Source: the human T2T-CHM13v2.0 reference genome, Homo sapiens. Taken from it: a DNA stretch of 64,000 nt. Position 1 is the first letter of the stretch; each line of letters starts with the position of its first letter. Of this stretch, positions 50,586-64,000 are shown piece by piece. The translations under genes and the position numbers were made by a program. The notes beneath the pieces were generated by a model. It did not search any database. It was not told the DNA's origin and was given only the letters and a program-made list of their open reading frames with translations. The DNA is taken from the NCBI RefSeq assembly GCF_009914755.1, contig NC_060926.1, one strand, 5' to 3'.

Positions 50586-51315
50586 TTAATCAAACTTTTT
50601 GGATTAAGAACCCCTTTACACTCTGCAAAAAAATTACTGAGAATCCCAAAGAGCTTTTGTTTTTGTCAGTTATGTCTATTGATACTTACCATCTCCAAAA
50701 TTAACTTAAAAATATATATTAATTTAAAATAGCAATAGTAATTATATTACAGGTTAACATAAACATAATTATAAAATATGACTATAATTTTCAAAAATAT
50801 AATAAAACAAGTGGCACTGTTTTATACTTCTGCAAAAGTCTTTAATATCTAGGTAACAAAAATGACATCTGGATTATCATATTTGCTTCTATTAATACAT
50901 TCAATATGCTGCAATGTCACATATGGAGTGGACTCTGGCAAACCACTGTATACTCATGAGAGAATGAGAACAAAGAAGGCAAATATCATCTTAGTATTCT
51001 TATAAAATTCTAAGTATTCTTATAAAAATTCTTTTAAAATTGCTTCTATTAATACATTCAATATGCTGCAATGTCACATATGGAGTGGACTCTGGCAAAC
51101 CACTGTATACTCATGAGAGAATGAGAACAAAGAAGGCAAATATCATCTTAGTATTCTTATAAAATTCTAAGTATTCTTATAAAAATTCTTTTAAAATATT
51201 CTTAAAAAATAACATCTTAGTATTCTTATTTAAACAAAATAGTTATAAAAACAGTTTTGACCCCGTGGATCTCTAAAAAGGTCATAGGGCCCCCGGAGGC
51301 TCCTGGTCAACATTG
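50586..51315 (-). mobile_element. MER119-like hAT-Charlie fossil with internal duplication
   Basis: caaactttttgg...cccctttacactc; cccaaagagcttttgttt; ccactgtatactcatgagagaatgaga; agttttgacccc. Confidence 0.75.
50883..51196 (+). repeat. Perfect tandem duplication, 2 x 157 bp
   Basis: 50883-51039 and 51040-51196 identical on manual comparison. Confidence 0.96.
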
Positions 51316-51929
51316 CTAACATGCAGCAATGCCTGCCTTCCATGGATAAATGGAGGCTGCTCATGCAGACTGGAAAGCATGCCTATTATCCCACTGCTCA
51401 AAAGTTTAAATATGGCCATTCATGCTTTAACAAATATGTAAAATAGCAATGAATATATATTTAGCTATAATCCTATTTGTTAGAACTTGTGCCTCTGTAG
51501 CTACCATTGCCTGTTACCACTGTCTCTACTGCCAGTGAGGTCATCACAAATAATGCAAGAATTTGGGGTCTCCATGGACACAACACATTTTTGACCATTT
51601 TAATGTGAATCAATGGGAAAACCACCATTACAAATTTCCAGGAACACATTGAATTCCAAATACTATAAATCCACATTTTTGCAGAGTAGAAGAAAAATAC
51701 TAATCAAACTCCCAATATAAACCTATGCTCAGGCATAGGTTTTGTTGTCAGTTAACAACCCCCTCCACCCCATATTGTTTCCCTGTGAAGATATCACCAA
51801 ATGTCTATATTGAAATTAGATAGATGATTACTCTCATTTATGCCTTGGGGTACAGAGTCATACACTAAAATCTTAAACAGAAGATTCAATTAATCATCAA
51901 CCTTCCCCATTTCTGGTGGATCCCAAGAA

Positions 51930-52190
51930 TAAGAGCCCGGTGGCGATCTGGTATGCATGTGGGGAGAACAGGTTTGCTCCTCTGAGGAGGCCAAGACCCA
52001 TTCTCTCCCCACACAGAAGTGCCCTGGGGAGTCACCCGCCGCAGAGGCCATGACAATGTCGAGTGCCAGGTGCACCTGTCGTGTGGGCAGATGGGGAGAC
52101 CAGCGACGGCAGTCCCTGAGTAATGGTTAAGTTAATTAGCCTTTCCATGGCAGATCATTTAATTACTCATCCCCTCTGACAGGGTGAGAG
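51930..52190. promoter_or_regulatory. Candidate intronic enhancer (CpG-retaining, motif-dense unique DNA)
   Basis: 8 CpGs in ~175 bp, CAGGTGCACCTG, CAGATG, two TAATTA and TGACAG; motif evidence only. Confidence 0.4.
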
Positions 52191-54090
52191 GAGATTTTAG
52201 AAAACTTTTAGAGCCGCAACTCATATGAAAGAAATGTCTTTATATACTTTTTTCCAATACGTAACATCACTGTTGCCCCCAAAACTTTAAAACAGCAACA
52301 AAATCACTCTGATTATATGCTTTAGGAGACTCTATCAACATCCATAAAGCATAAAAGTCGGTAAGTTTAGAGCGTGTTCTAAGTTGTGGATCTTCACAGG
52401 ATTTTGTGCAGTGAGGTCAGTCAGCAGGAAACTCAACAGGACTGGCATGTAAAACTCACCAACATTGGAAAAGCACAAGACTTTAATAAATTGCACTATG
52501 CCAATTAAGGAATGTACCCCAATCCTCCCAAAAATTAACACAGAGACTTTTTAAAGAATTCAGTGTGTTGGAATACAGAGATAGTTAGTAAACACAAACT
52601 AACAAAAATCCTAATTTTAGTGGCCTGACTTTCTGAAGGTGTGTTATCCACAGGCTTGTCCTTAACTAGCTTTCTGGAGCTCCTGGAAAATAAAACGTAG
52701 CCCTCTACATCCTTATCCTATATATGTATTCTCAAAATTGTTCTTCTGCTCTCAAGAACGGTGCCTCGAATGACACCCACATTTTCATTCATTCGTTCAT
52801 TTATCCATCCATACAGTCACTCATGCAGTCCATGAAGTAACAAGTGCCTTCTTACCTATTTATCTCCTTAGTGGGAGGTAAGTCCCTAGAAGGCTGTGAC
52901 TTTGTGGTCTTTCTGCATCCAGAGCACAAACATATCCTTAATAAATGAACGATCATGCTTCAGAACAAAGATGGTCTCACTGACTTGAGGCAAGATTACA
53001 AACGCCTTCGCTCATATTCAATATCAGAAACTAATCGCATGTTCCAGATCTTGACAAAATAAGCCAATAAAACCACACAAGCTACCTGTACTCCCTACTA
53101 CAACAGTCATATGTGTAGCATTTTGTACATTTTAGATGCTCCATATAATATTGGTAGTAAATATCCAGTGAAGAAGTGCATTTGTCCTTCTGGGTTTTCT
53201 CCTTTTTATTTCTACTTGGAACTGTGAGCTTTCATTAGAATAATATATGCTTTCATCCTCAAATTTTTGATAAAGTTGGAAGAGCCTGAATTTAGCACAA
53301 TACTGAATTAAAGTAACCCATTTTCTCCTCCTCCTCTCTGGTACAGAGTGAAATCCCAAAGCACTCCTACCTAAAATGTTTCTAAAATACATATTAGAGC
53401 AAAAATTCGCCTAATTTTAATACAGATATTTCTAATCTTAACTCTTGCAATTACTTCTTCCTCGAGTGTAAAGTCAAACACTTCAAAAAAAAGCTTTCCT
53501 TGAGATATATACTTCTTATAAATCATTGAAGAAACACTTAATTTCTTAATTATTGTGGAAAATCTAGGTTTCTGAATGGGTATTCCTTATGTTGCCACGC
53601 TCTCTAAGAAACTTGGAATTCCCTATGTTTCCAGGTATACCCCTGCCTCTGCAACCCCACTTTGCCACCCTGATATTTCTTCTTTAAATTTTAAAATTCC
53701 ACTAAAATAAATCTAGGTTTGTGTTATGTCTGACAATTAAGACAAACTTTTAAAAACAACAGAACTTTATTAATAATGTTCAAGTTGTTCCATCAATTTT
53801 GGTAACATTCAAAACAGATGAACTATATGTAGCTTAATATGGAAAGGGAATTCTTGAGGGAAAAAAAACATGCTAATCAAGCATGCTAATCATCTCCTAA
53901 GGAGCATTACATACCTGTGGGGAAAGGGGGTGACGATAGCCCTTACATGACAACTAATTTAGTTTTCACGACTTTCAATTATCTATGCCTCTGAAATCTC
54001 ATTCTGTCTCTGTTTTGACAACGGCCCCAACATAGTATCTGTGAGGAGGCTTGAGCCATTTATCTAGGCTCAGAAAAAGAAGGTTTGTGA

Positions 54091-54862
<772 letters not shown>

Positions 54863-55044
54863 CAAAAAGGTGGTTTTTAGGCTAAATTGGAAATGCTATC
54901 AATCTATTCCACAAATATTATGTTGCTTACTAAGTTGGAGGGGCTTTGCTAGGCTCTATGGAAACTACAATGATGAGTGAGACTCAGTTCCTGCAGTTAC
55001 AGAGCATTCAGTCTCAGAAAACAGATAACACACCTATGGTTCAG

Positions 55045-55224
55045 CATTATGAGTTGGAAAGTGTCCCCCAAAAATGCATATATTGAAGTCCTAACCCCCA
55101 GTACTACAGATGTGGCTTTAGAGATAGGGGCCTTTACAGAGTTAATCAATTTTAAATGAGGTCACTAGAATGGGTCCTAATCCGACAGGAGTGGAGTTCT
55201 TAAAAAAAGGGAAAATTTGAAGAT

Positions 55225-55267
<43 letters not shown>

Positions 55268-55506
55268 AAGAACACCATGTGAAGATGAAAGCATACATTG
55301 AGGTGACACTTCTACAAGCCAATGAACAAGAAAGATAGCCAGCAAACCACCAGAAGCCAGGAGAGAGGCATGGAGCAGACTCAGAGGCAACCAACCTTGT
55401 CAATGCATCTTGGACTTCAGCCTCCAGAACTTCAAGACGAACTTCTGTTGTGTAAGCCACCCCCATCTGCAGTACTTTGTTACAGCAGCTCTGACAAACT
55501 AATACA
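55045..55506 (+). mobile_element. MLT1B/C (ERVL-MaLR) solo LTR containing (CA)n at 55227-55265
   Basis: gaagtcctaacccccagtac; ccagcaaaccaccagaagc; ggacttcagcctccagaac; ends aaactaataca. Confidence 0.88.
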
Positions 55507-56419
55507 TCCAGATATATTTTAATATAAAATCTATCAACTATGTATGTTTGTACATAATCCATCTCTATACAAATATACATATACACATAGCCTGGGAAGA
55601 TATAATGGGTGCTCCAAGCAAAGTGTGATGTATTTTGGGCAGAAGGAGTATTTGATTCCGACCAGGAGAATCAAGGAAACCTTCATAGAGGAAATGGCAG
55701 TCACATTTTACAAAAGTTAAGAGCACAAAAGTCAGATGTCAAATATGAAAATTTATAACTCTAGAGTTATAAAATCTTTACTGCAAAGTGGGTTTTTTTC
55801 CAATCTAAGGAACTTCTTCAACATGCCATTTCTCAAGAGTTGAAGATGACTATATGAATGATTCAAATGGCACACTTCATAGCTAAACATCCACAGGCAC
55901 ACATAATCTCAGCCATAGACATTTTTGGTATGTCCATCTTCATATTCTTTTTACTAAGTCTACTGCTATGCCCAGTATAAGATGCTACCTCAGTGCTTTA
56001 TTAGGGGAATATTGACTTAGTTCATATTCCAGAGTGGAGACGGTTTGCAAACACATGTATATACTCTCTGGCTGCCCCATTATTGGAGCATATGTTGGCC
56101 ACTTGTGGGTGTAAGGAGTTAGGTGACCTGTGGTCTTGAAACTGGTCTGCCCATAACCAAGCCTTCACTAACTCAGGTCTCTACCCAACTGAGCCATTAT
56201 TAAACCTCAGGAGCACTATAAATTTACTGACTTTTATAAACCATTCAACTAAATAGCCTTCTCTAAAGCATTTGGTAAGAGTAATTTGATGCTCTGATCA
56301 TCTGCCAATTCATTTTATGAGTCCATAACCTAACAGAACCCATCTCACTTTCCTTTCAGAGTCATTTTCATCATTGAGCTTTGTATCCTGTTTAGATTCT
56401 TCTTTTCTAATCTTTTCAG

Positions 56420-56850
56420 GACTGTATGAGTTGGATTTCTCCTGGTTGCAAGTAACAGAAACAAACTTCAGGTACAATAAGAAAGGGGAGGTATTTATTG
56501 AATGCGGTATGGTATTTCAGGAGGAACTGAACCACCAAACTCTAGGAGAAGCAAGAGCTGGGTAAGCAGCAGGGGTCTCTGCAGCAAGAATTTATATACC
56601 ACTTGGCATGACACTCCAACGATGCCCTAGTTGAGCTCTGGGGACTCTTGGTTTCTATTCCATCAGTTCCACGTTTTAATTCTCTGGAGTAAGATCCTGA
56701 TTGGCATAGCATAGGTGAGGTACACACCCTGAAGTGACCAGCTTTGACCTGGGAGCAGGGTCATATAGCACAGTCTTAGATGTGGTCCTGTCCCTTATAG
56801 GTTGGGGGCAGTTCTAAGAGAAGGAAATAATTGTTAGAGTCTACCACATG
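56420..56850 (-). mobile_element. Old MLT1 (J/K-type) LTR fragment
   Basis: ggttgcaagtaacagaaac...tatttattg; ctgattggc; gcagggtcatatagcaca. Confidence 0.55.
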
Positions 56851-58129
56851 GGTCGAAAATTTATACTTCTACTATACCATCCTTTCTTTGAAAAGCACTT
56901 TTTATATATTTCTTAATTAATCCTTACTTGGACCTGTAGCAAAAAAATAACCGGATCTCTTTTTGTTTTTGGAACTCAATAGTTTTTGCATCCATTTCAA
57001 TTATATTAACTCCATTTGAGGTATGCCATTAAATACCTTACTAACATTGAGCCTACATCTTGTTTTCTTCATACTATCTTGACCCCTTCCTAGTTATTGT
57101 GACTTAACAATTTATATTAAGCACATTCTTCATTCTTCCCTCTACAACACTTAACCAGCTTAAGTCTATATATTTCTGTGTATTCCCACTGTCACCACCA
57201 TCAGCACGTTTTATACTGTGCACATTCCTAGAAAAGTTAACTATGAAACACTGTGTACATGTTCACAAAATTGTATAATATTAGAGCCAGAGAGTACAGT
57301 CTTAGGAGGCACACAAACAAATCAGAAAGTATCTTTCTGTTCTATTCCTATCCTTCACACCATTACCAGGAAGACTGTTCAAAATAACAAGATTTCAAGA
57401 CACAGACCCTTTTAAAAGAATGTCCATTGTAAAAATCCAGAGAATAAAAGAGAAAGCCAGACTTCCCTATATTCTTTGTAAAAAATCAAATCGTGACCAA
57501 ATGTGGACAATATTCAATTAGTACCTGATTTGACAAGTAGCTGAAATCAACAATAAAGTCAACAATGAGAATCTTCAGAGGGAAAAATAAAAGAACCTAA
57601 TAACAGACAGCCTAGAATCTTAAGAGAGGTGAAATGAATGGAACCAATCTGTAAAATAATATCTATTCCACTACGTAAAACTCTGAAAGGAAGAAAAAAT
57701 TCTTAGATGTGTAACCACCTAGGACACTCTCAAGAGAGGTAAAAGTGTTTCAGAAAACAGGAAAGCAATTGGTGGGCAAACAACAGGAAATGTTTTTGTA
57801 GAAAAAAAATAGGATAACAACCAGGCAGGAAAATTCTGTCAAAACAGGCTACTGGAAACTTTCTGTTTATACATAAATAAATCTAAGTATTCATAATTAT
57901 CATCTATTTCACTGACACAGTGAGAGAGAACAAAATAAGAAATGAGGGCATTTCTTGTATCTTAACACAAGAGAGGGGAAAAGCAAATAGTGAGTTCAGA
58001 CACAGAGCCAACAAAAAGCCACTTCCTAAAGGATATGAGATACCCATCGTGCCCGAAGGCAGATGATAGCTCTGGTGCTGAGCACAGTCTTTGAACATAT
58101 TTTGTTTACATTTAAGATAAAAGAGGATA

Positions 58130-58360
58130 ATGATAATGATGAACACTTATAAAGTAATTACATTCCGAGTACTTTACGTTAGTTATTAACTTGTTTAATC
58201 CTTACCCCAACCATGACGTAGGTGCTATTATTTTCCCCATTTTACAGATGTTGAAAATAAAGTACAGAGAGATTAAGTATCTTCCACAAGGTCCCAGAGC
58301 TACACCTGGACACAGGCACTCTTGGCACCAAAGTCCTCATTCTTAACCTTAATGCTATGC
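58130..58360 (-). mobile_element. MIR
   Basis: gtaggtgctattattttccccattttacagatg...cagagagattaagta...caaggtcccagagct. Confidence 0.8.
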
Positions 58361-60809
58361 TAGCAACATGATTCTAGCTGGAGTTATGATTTTTATATTA
58401 CATATAATTGTTCAGTAATCCGGACACACACACACAAAACCTCCATGAATTTCATGGGAACCTCTCAAAATCCATTTTAATTCATCATGGGAGTCAGACA
58501 CTGTTCTGCTTGAGTTCAGACTCCCAGCTCTTCCACGTACCAGCTCACTGGCTAGGGAAAGTTACTCACACTCTCTCTGTGGGAGTGTATCTTTATTTAC
58601 AAACACACACTGCCCCTTTCTGTTGGGAAGATTTTACTTCCCCACCCCACTGATACTAGACTTGGCATCTCACTTGTTTTGAGCAATAAATCATGGATAA
58701 AAGAAGCACACATAACTTCTGTGCAGAAAACACTAAGAGCCAGACAAGATCTGCCATGTTCTCTCATTATGATCAGCAATGGTCAAGAAGGACACTGGCC
58801 TGGGTCCTGAAGTGCATATACCTTGGAGCAGAGCAGCTGACCCACCACAGGCATCTGGTGGGCAATAAGGATGCCACTGTAGTTATAACCCACTAGGATC
58901 TGGAGGCCATTTATTACCATAACATAACCTCCTCTCTCCACTCATATACTCTCTGTGCCTTAATGTCCTACCTCCTTCTAGCGTTGCTGTGGGCATTAAA
59001 TGAGTTATTTTTATAAAGCATGTAGATAAGAAACAAAGTATGAGTGAGCCAGATACTAACCTGAAGAGTGCAATTAGAGAAAAGAACACTAGAGGAAACA
59101 TTACCAATACTAATCAAATCAAATGCTTTTCTGGTTCTCAAATCCTTTTGACTGAGTTCTAATGTTACACTGGTCACCCTGAGAGCTTTTTGCAAACTTC
59201 TTCTCTTCAATGCTCCCTTCTTGATCCAGTAATAACACATTTATTTACATATAATTCAGGGCTTTACTCTTGCTGACCCAAAGGCTCCAGACAGCTTTCC
59301 TTCTGCAAAGTTTGGTTGTTTACTTAGACCATGAAGATATTCCTCCTTTTCCCATTTTCCTCTTTTCCCTCAGCTATCTTTTTCTGAAACCGACTTCAAC
59401 ACTAGTTTCCCATATGTAGGAGGCAATTTTAGTGAGATATTAATAACTGGTATCTCTTTGTTTTTACAGGTAAAGGATTAGAAATCACTGTGACAAGTTT
59501 GTTTCTTGAGTTTTTACAGGCTTCAATTTGCTAATGTACAAAATTTTATAATAAAGCATCTTACCAATTAATGTTCCACACAAATGGTTTTTAGGGGATG
59601 CTGCTGCCAACCATTCCAAATATGTTGTAATGAGCAGATAGCAAGACATCTCATGCCCAAGGGAAAGATATTGTGAGGCTCCCTCCAAACCATCTTATAA
59701 ATCATAGACTACTACACGAAGGTCTTCGAGAACAATACCCTCATTTTAGTGACAAGAAATGGAGGCTCAAAGAATAAAGAATGGAGAAAATGGAGGCTCA
59801 AAGAGGTTGAGTATTTTATTGAGAAAAATCAAAGTGAGTTAAAGAGTAAAACTGATTACAACAGAGTCATCCATGGATTCAAACTAGTCCTCTTTCCAGG
59901 GATGACTGTGTTTAAAAGGAAAACACATGGAAATATGAGTACCTCTGTCTAGACTAAAAGACATGTTTAAAACCAATCAACATATTCACCCTTTGTTACC
60001 TAACATCTTACTGGGTTTTAATCTGGCCCATTCACAAAAGTCAAAGGGGTTACTAGGGAAGGTGACAATTAACAGAGCCCAGTTTAACTACGCTCATGTG
60101 TGAAGCAGGTTGGAAGGGATGAATCAGGATCTAGGCTTATCTAAACTAAGATATAACACAGACAGCAAGTTACTCCTGCTATCAAAAGGCTTTATTTGGT
60201 ACTTACTTGCTGTATAAATAACTCACTAGCTATTTGCTCTGAAACAACAATGATTAGAATGGCTCTCATATCCAACAAAACACTGAAACAGGCAACAGAC
60301 AGGGTCCATCAAAAAAAAAATACTAACGGTACCTATGACTGCTTTTCACTGTTAACAGTGGCAAATAAAACCAAAAGTTATTCTGCACACTTACCACTCT
60401 CATGATCTCTAAATTTGCTTGTCTGAAAGAAATGTACCAAAGATTAATAAATCTTACAAGAAAACAAATGGAACATGTAAATTGCTGAGGAGTTTGTTCC
60501 CTTTAATTTTATGCTAGTCATTTTCCGAAATCCAGAAGAAAGACATTTGCTAAAGCTTTGTGTGTCTTCTAGCAAAAATCACTTCGCATGTAACTAAATA
60601 GGTACAGAAAGGACACACTTTTTAAGTGTATAATGATAAAACTCAGATATGTAGTGTATGTCATTCTCGATCACAAAAGCTGTGTGGGTTTTCTCTGTTT
60701 CTTAGCTAAGTTCTCCTGTCTAAAAGACAAAAGAGAAAACAAAACCAAAGAGAAAAGGATTCTGCAGGCATCTATACACAAGAAAGGCATAATATTCAAA
60801 AGTCACAGA

Positions 60810-60930
60810 GCCAAGCATGGCAGTGAGTCTGTAGTTTCAGCTACTCAGAAGGATTGCTTGAGCCCAGGAGTTCAAGGCCAGCCTGAACAACATGGCAACA
60901 CTCTATCTCTAAAAATATATATAAATTAAA
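60810..60930 (+). mobile_element. Alu monomer (FLAM-like)
   Basis: ggattgcttgagcccaggagttcaaggccagcctg. Confidence 0.8.
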
Positions 60931-63522
60931 TAAATGTTTAAAAATGTTTTAAGTCACAACAAAGAATGGATATTGTCAGAGATCGGAATTCCATTTAAAA
61001 AATATATTTCTGCTTTGGAGAAGGGCTCAAGCCATTGAAAAGAAAAAGAAAAGCACTAACAGACAAAGTTAGGAACTGAAATACATTTAAAAGGTCAAAG
61101 GGAAAACAACTAGAAATGTCCTACTTAGTCCAAAAGGAAAGAAAACCCAGCAACAAACAGGGACTCTCACAAATGGAGAATGTCTTTAGCACAATACAAT
61201 AAGACCGTTGTGTGTGACACCTTGATAAATTAAAGAAACAGAAACACTGTCACCAAAAGAAAAGGAAGAAAGGAAGGAAATTCACAAATAGTGCCCACAA
61301 AAGATGGATAAGAAAGTTTTAAGAGAATATGAGCACTGATTAAAGGCAAGCAAGAAAAACAAGATAGGCTCTATCTAGCTAAGCCCCTACTGCACAAGCC
61401 TATTGTCTTATTTCCTTTGGCACTGACTACAAGAGAATTTCATCATATGTCTAATAATAGTATTATTTATAAAATAGAAGAATAACATCTTGATAAGAAT
61501 ATACCTCAATGGCAAAATGTCTCCTTCTATATAATCTGAGTGTATAGATGAAAAAGAAATGTTTTCAAAGTAATAACAATTACAAGGCAATCAGTGAACG
61601 AGATAAGCACTTGCAGAAGGAGCCACATTAAATCTATTCAACTGACTGGCTTCTGTGTTATGTGAGTCCAAGAATGGATAACTGCTGCTCCCTGGAAAAA
61701 CCTGCAGTGCTGTAAAAACCAGCCCATGCCACTGTGTCTGTGGGACGAGGAAAATGTTAAAGAAGCAATAGAGACAAATGGGAAAGGCTGACAACACAAC
61801 TCCTTATACTTCTTAATTCAGCATTATATTCATTGACCTATTACGTATAGGTCAATATGAAGAAAAAGGATTTTAGAAATCACACACTCACAGATATGGT
61901 CCCTGCCCTCCGAAAGCTAGAAGTTGTTAAACACTACTTTGGTCATTGACCTTACCAATACCCATTTTATGCAAGCATAAATAGTGTCTAACTCTATAAA
62001 GTTATGTTCAACACTGGCCAGTATCCCTATATTATTTTGCTGACATACATACATATTGCATTGAAATAAAAAAATCAAAAGAGTATTTTCACAAGTCCGA
62101 GTTTATAAACAATTGAATATATTCATCCATATATAAACATCTATATTCTGCTGAATATAGATGCTTCCTATTTCCTAGTTTCATATACATTATATGTATA
62201 ACTTAACTACATTTAAATACCAATTTTATATACCAAGTGCAGCCTGATGAGCTATTTCAAAGCCTATGTTGACAATTTGCTAGAGTTGGGAAAAAATAAA
62301 ATACCTTCAACATAATTAGCTGGTAAGTACCACATTAAGCCATCACTGTGTAGCTGCTACTATTCTACATGCTTTTACATGCATCGTCTTATTGAATCCA
62401 TACAAATCTCTTCTTTTTATAGATGAGGAATCAGAACTTCCAACTGAGCAGCCCACACTCTAAACCACTGTACTATATACCCCTTCTCCCCACATACCTA
62501 CAGAGGCGATTTCTTTGGAGCCTAATATTTGTTGGCTATTAATGGAAATTTTACTTTGCTGTGGAAACACGATCAAACCAACAATGACTCAAATCATTGA
62601 AGAACCCATCAGGACTATCGAAAGAAGGGCCAGACAACCAGACTAAAACCTGGGAGCAAACACAGGCTCCAAACTGCAGCAGATAGGAGCACTCCTCATG
62701 AGAGCTTAAGGGAGGATCGCATGAGAGCTTAAGGAGTTCATTTTGTGACAGGGTTTGGCCAGAAGTGCCAGAATGTCAGGAAGGGAGACTCTTATGAAGG
62801 GGATTTCAAGGCTGGTCATCAGTGGAGAGAACTGGATAGAACTCCAATTTCTGAAAGGTCTGATGGCCATAACATAAGTCCTTTAGATAAACAAAAGTAC
62901 ACTGCAGAATTTCAAGACATTCACACAGCATGGAGCAAATCAGCAACAAAGATGATCTGAACACATTGCGGGGCTCTTACATTTCTTTCCCAATAAAACT
63001 CATAACCATTAAACAAAATGTACTAGTGTGCTATTCTGCCAAACTATGAGACCATTAGTTCTCTGGACCCTGACAAGTCTGCCTTGAAATACGGCAGATC
63101 TAGGTCTCCACAACACTGATTCTCCATGAGGAATAAGCTAGCTCTTGGAACACTAATTCCAGTACTGACCACTGTATGTTCTTTAACATGTCGCTCATAT
63201 CTGGAGAAGTGTGTCAGGAACAAAATATAAAACTGTTCGCAGATTTTCTGACTTTGACCTCCATCTCTCAGTTCTCGGCTATGGGCTAAACTGTATGCAT
63301 TCTTTATAATTTTCCAGGTGCTTTTGAAAGAAATGTAGTTCATCCTAGAGGGTGACAAGAGAAGGCTTTATGTCAAATTTTACTTTTAAAATAGTTACCT
63401 AAAGTTTTAAAGACTGACTTTACTTTTCAGAAAGATGAAAAATGTTAAGGAAAGAACAAAGAAAAAATACATTTAGACACAGTAAGCAATTCATTCTTAA
63501 GTAAATATTTATATAAATAAGT

Positions 63523-63623
63523 GTCCCTCAGTCGAGACTTATGACCCTGGTTGTTAATTGGCCTTAAGACAGAAATTCTTAAGGCCAGTTAACAACCAGG
63601 GTCATAAGTCTCGACTGAGGGAC
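63523..63623. repeat. Near-perfect inverted repeat: 47-bp arms, 7-nt loop, one mismatch
   Basis: gtccctcagtcgagacttatgaccctggttgttaattggccttaaga-cagaaat-tcttaaggccagttaacaaccagggtcataagtctcgactgagggac. Confidence 0.97.
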
Positions 63624-63739
63624 CCCATCCAACTCAGTACATCCTCAATGCACGTTAGGTCCTTGGTAGAGTCTCATGGAACTGAAGCTACTTAACATCT
63701 GAGTCTTGGATTCCTTATCTTCAAACTCTGGTGATAATA

Positions 63740-64000
63740 CAGTCAGTCTTCATTACTCACACAATTATAAATTGGTAATTCCACAATTAGAAATTGGTCT
63801 GCTCACTCAAATGTATTTGCAACCCCAAGATCAATACTCATGATGCCTTCACTGTCCCTTGCAGACTTGCACAGAGCAGTGAAAGTGTGAGTGACCAATG
63901 TGCACATTCCAAACTGAGGTCACGCAAGGGGTGACGCTCCACAGCTCTTGGTGTCCTTTTCGTGATCTATTTAGTGCCACTTTTTGCATGTTTGTGCTTT
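63740..64000 (+). mobile_element. MER82-like TcMar-Tigger fossil (cut by window end)
   Basis: TA|cagt start; tatttgcaaccccaagatcaatactc; tgtccttttcgtgatctatttagtgccac. Confidence 0.7.

Noticed and set aside
60347-60360. 14-bp perfect palindrome cactgttaacagtg
   Set aside because: Expected by chance a few times in 64 kb.
62697-62734. 15-bp direct repeat catgagagcttaagg around an 8-nt spacer (a similar 17-bp repeat occurs near 59757-59805)
   Set aside because: Only two units; ordinary micro-duplication with no element between them.

Overview
This is primate (very probably human) genomic DNA, AT-rich and roughly half interspersed repeats. The only supportable coding feature is one 64-nt minus-strand exon (42180-42243). 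It encodes (R)EKLAVARLQREVAQRTSEGAM, which I recognise as part of the N-terminal coiled coil of NCKAP5, so the rest of the window is intronic to that gene. The ORF track is almost entirely L1 ORF2 debris, Alu-derived or chance. Repeats include a long ancient L1MC with nested insertions, two L1PA5-like copies, MER11 and MER31/67-like solo LTRs, MLT1 LTRs, Tigger/Charlie DNA-transposon fossils, MIR, L2 and many Alus. I found no new multi-gene system. Four signals are not explained by the annotation. (1) A ~173-bp, ~89% identical inverted repeat pair 1.1 kb apart in apparently non-repeat DNA, with a splice-site-flanked 54-nt stop-containing pseudo-exon in one arm. (2) A 47-bp-arm near-perfect hairpin at 63.5 kb, with two smaller hairpins nearby. 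(3) Two independently inserted L1PA copies that share inactivating lesions and a 211-bp identical tract, suggesting gene conversion. (4) A perfect 157-bp tandem duplication inside an old MER119. Repeat subfamily names come from recalled consensus motifs, and boundaries of old elements are approximate.
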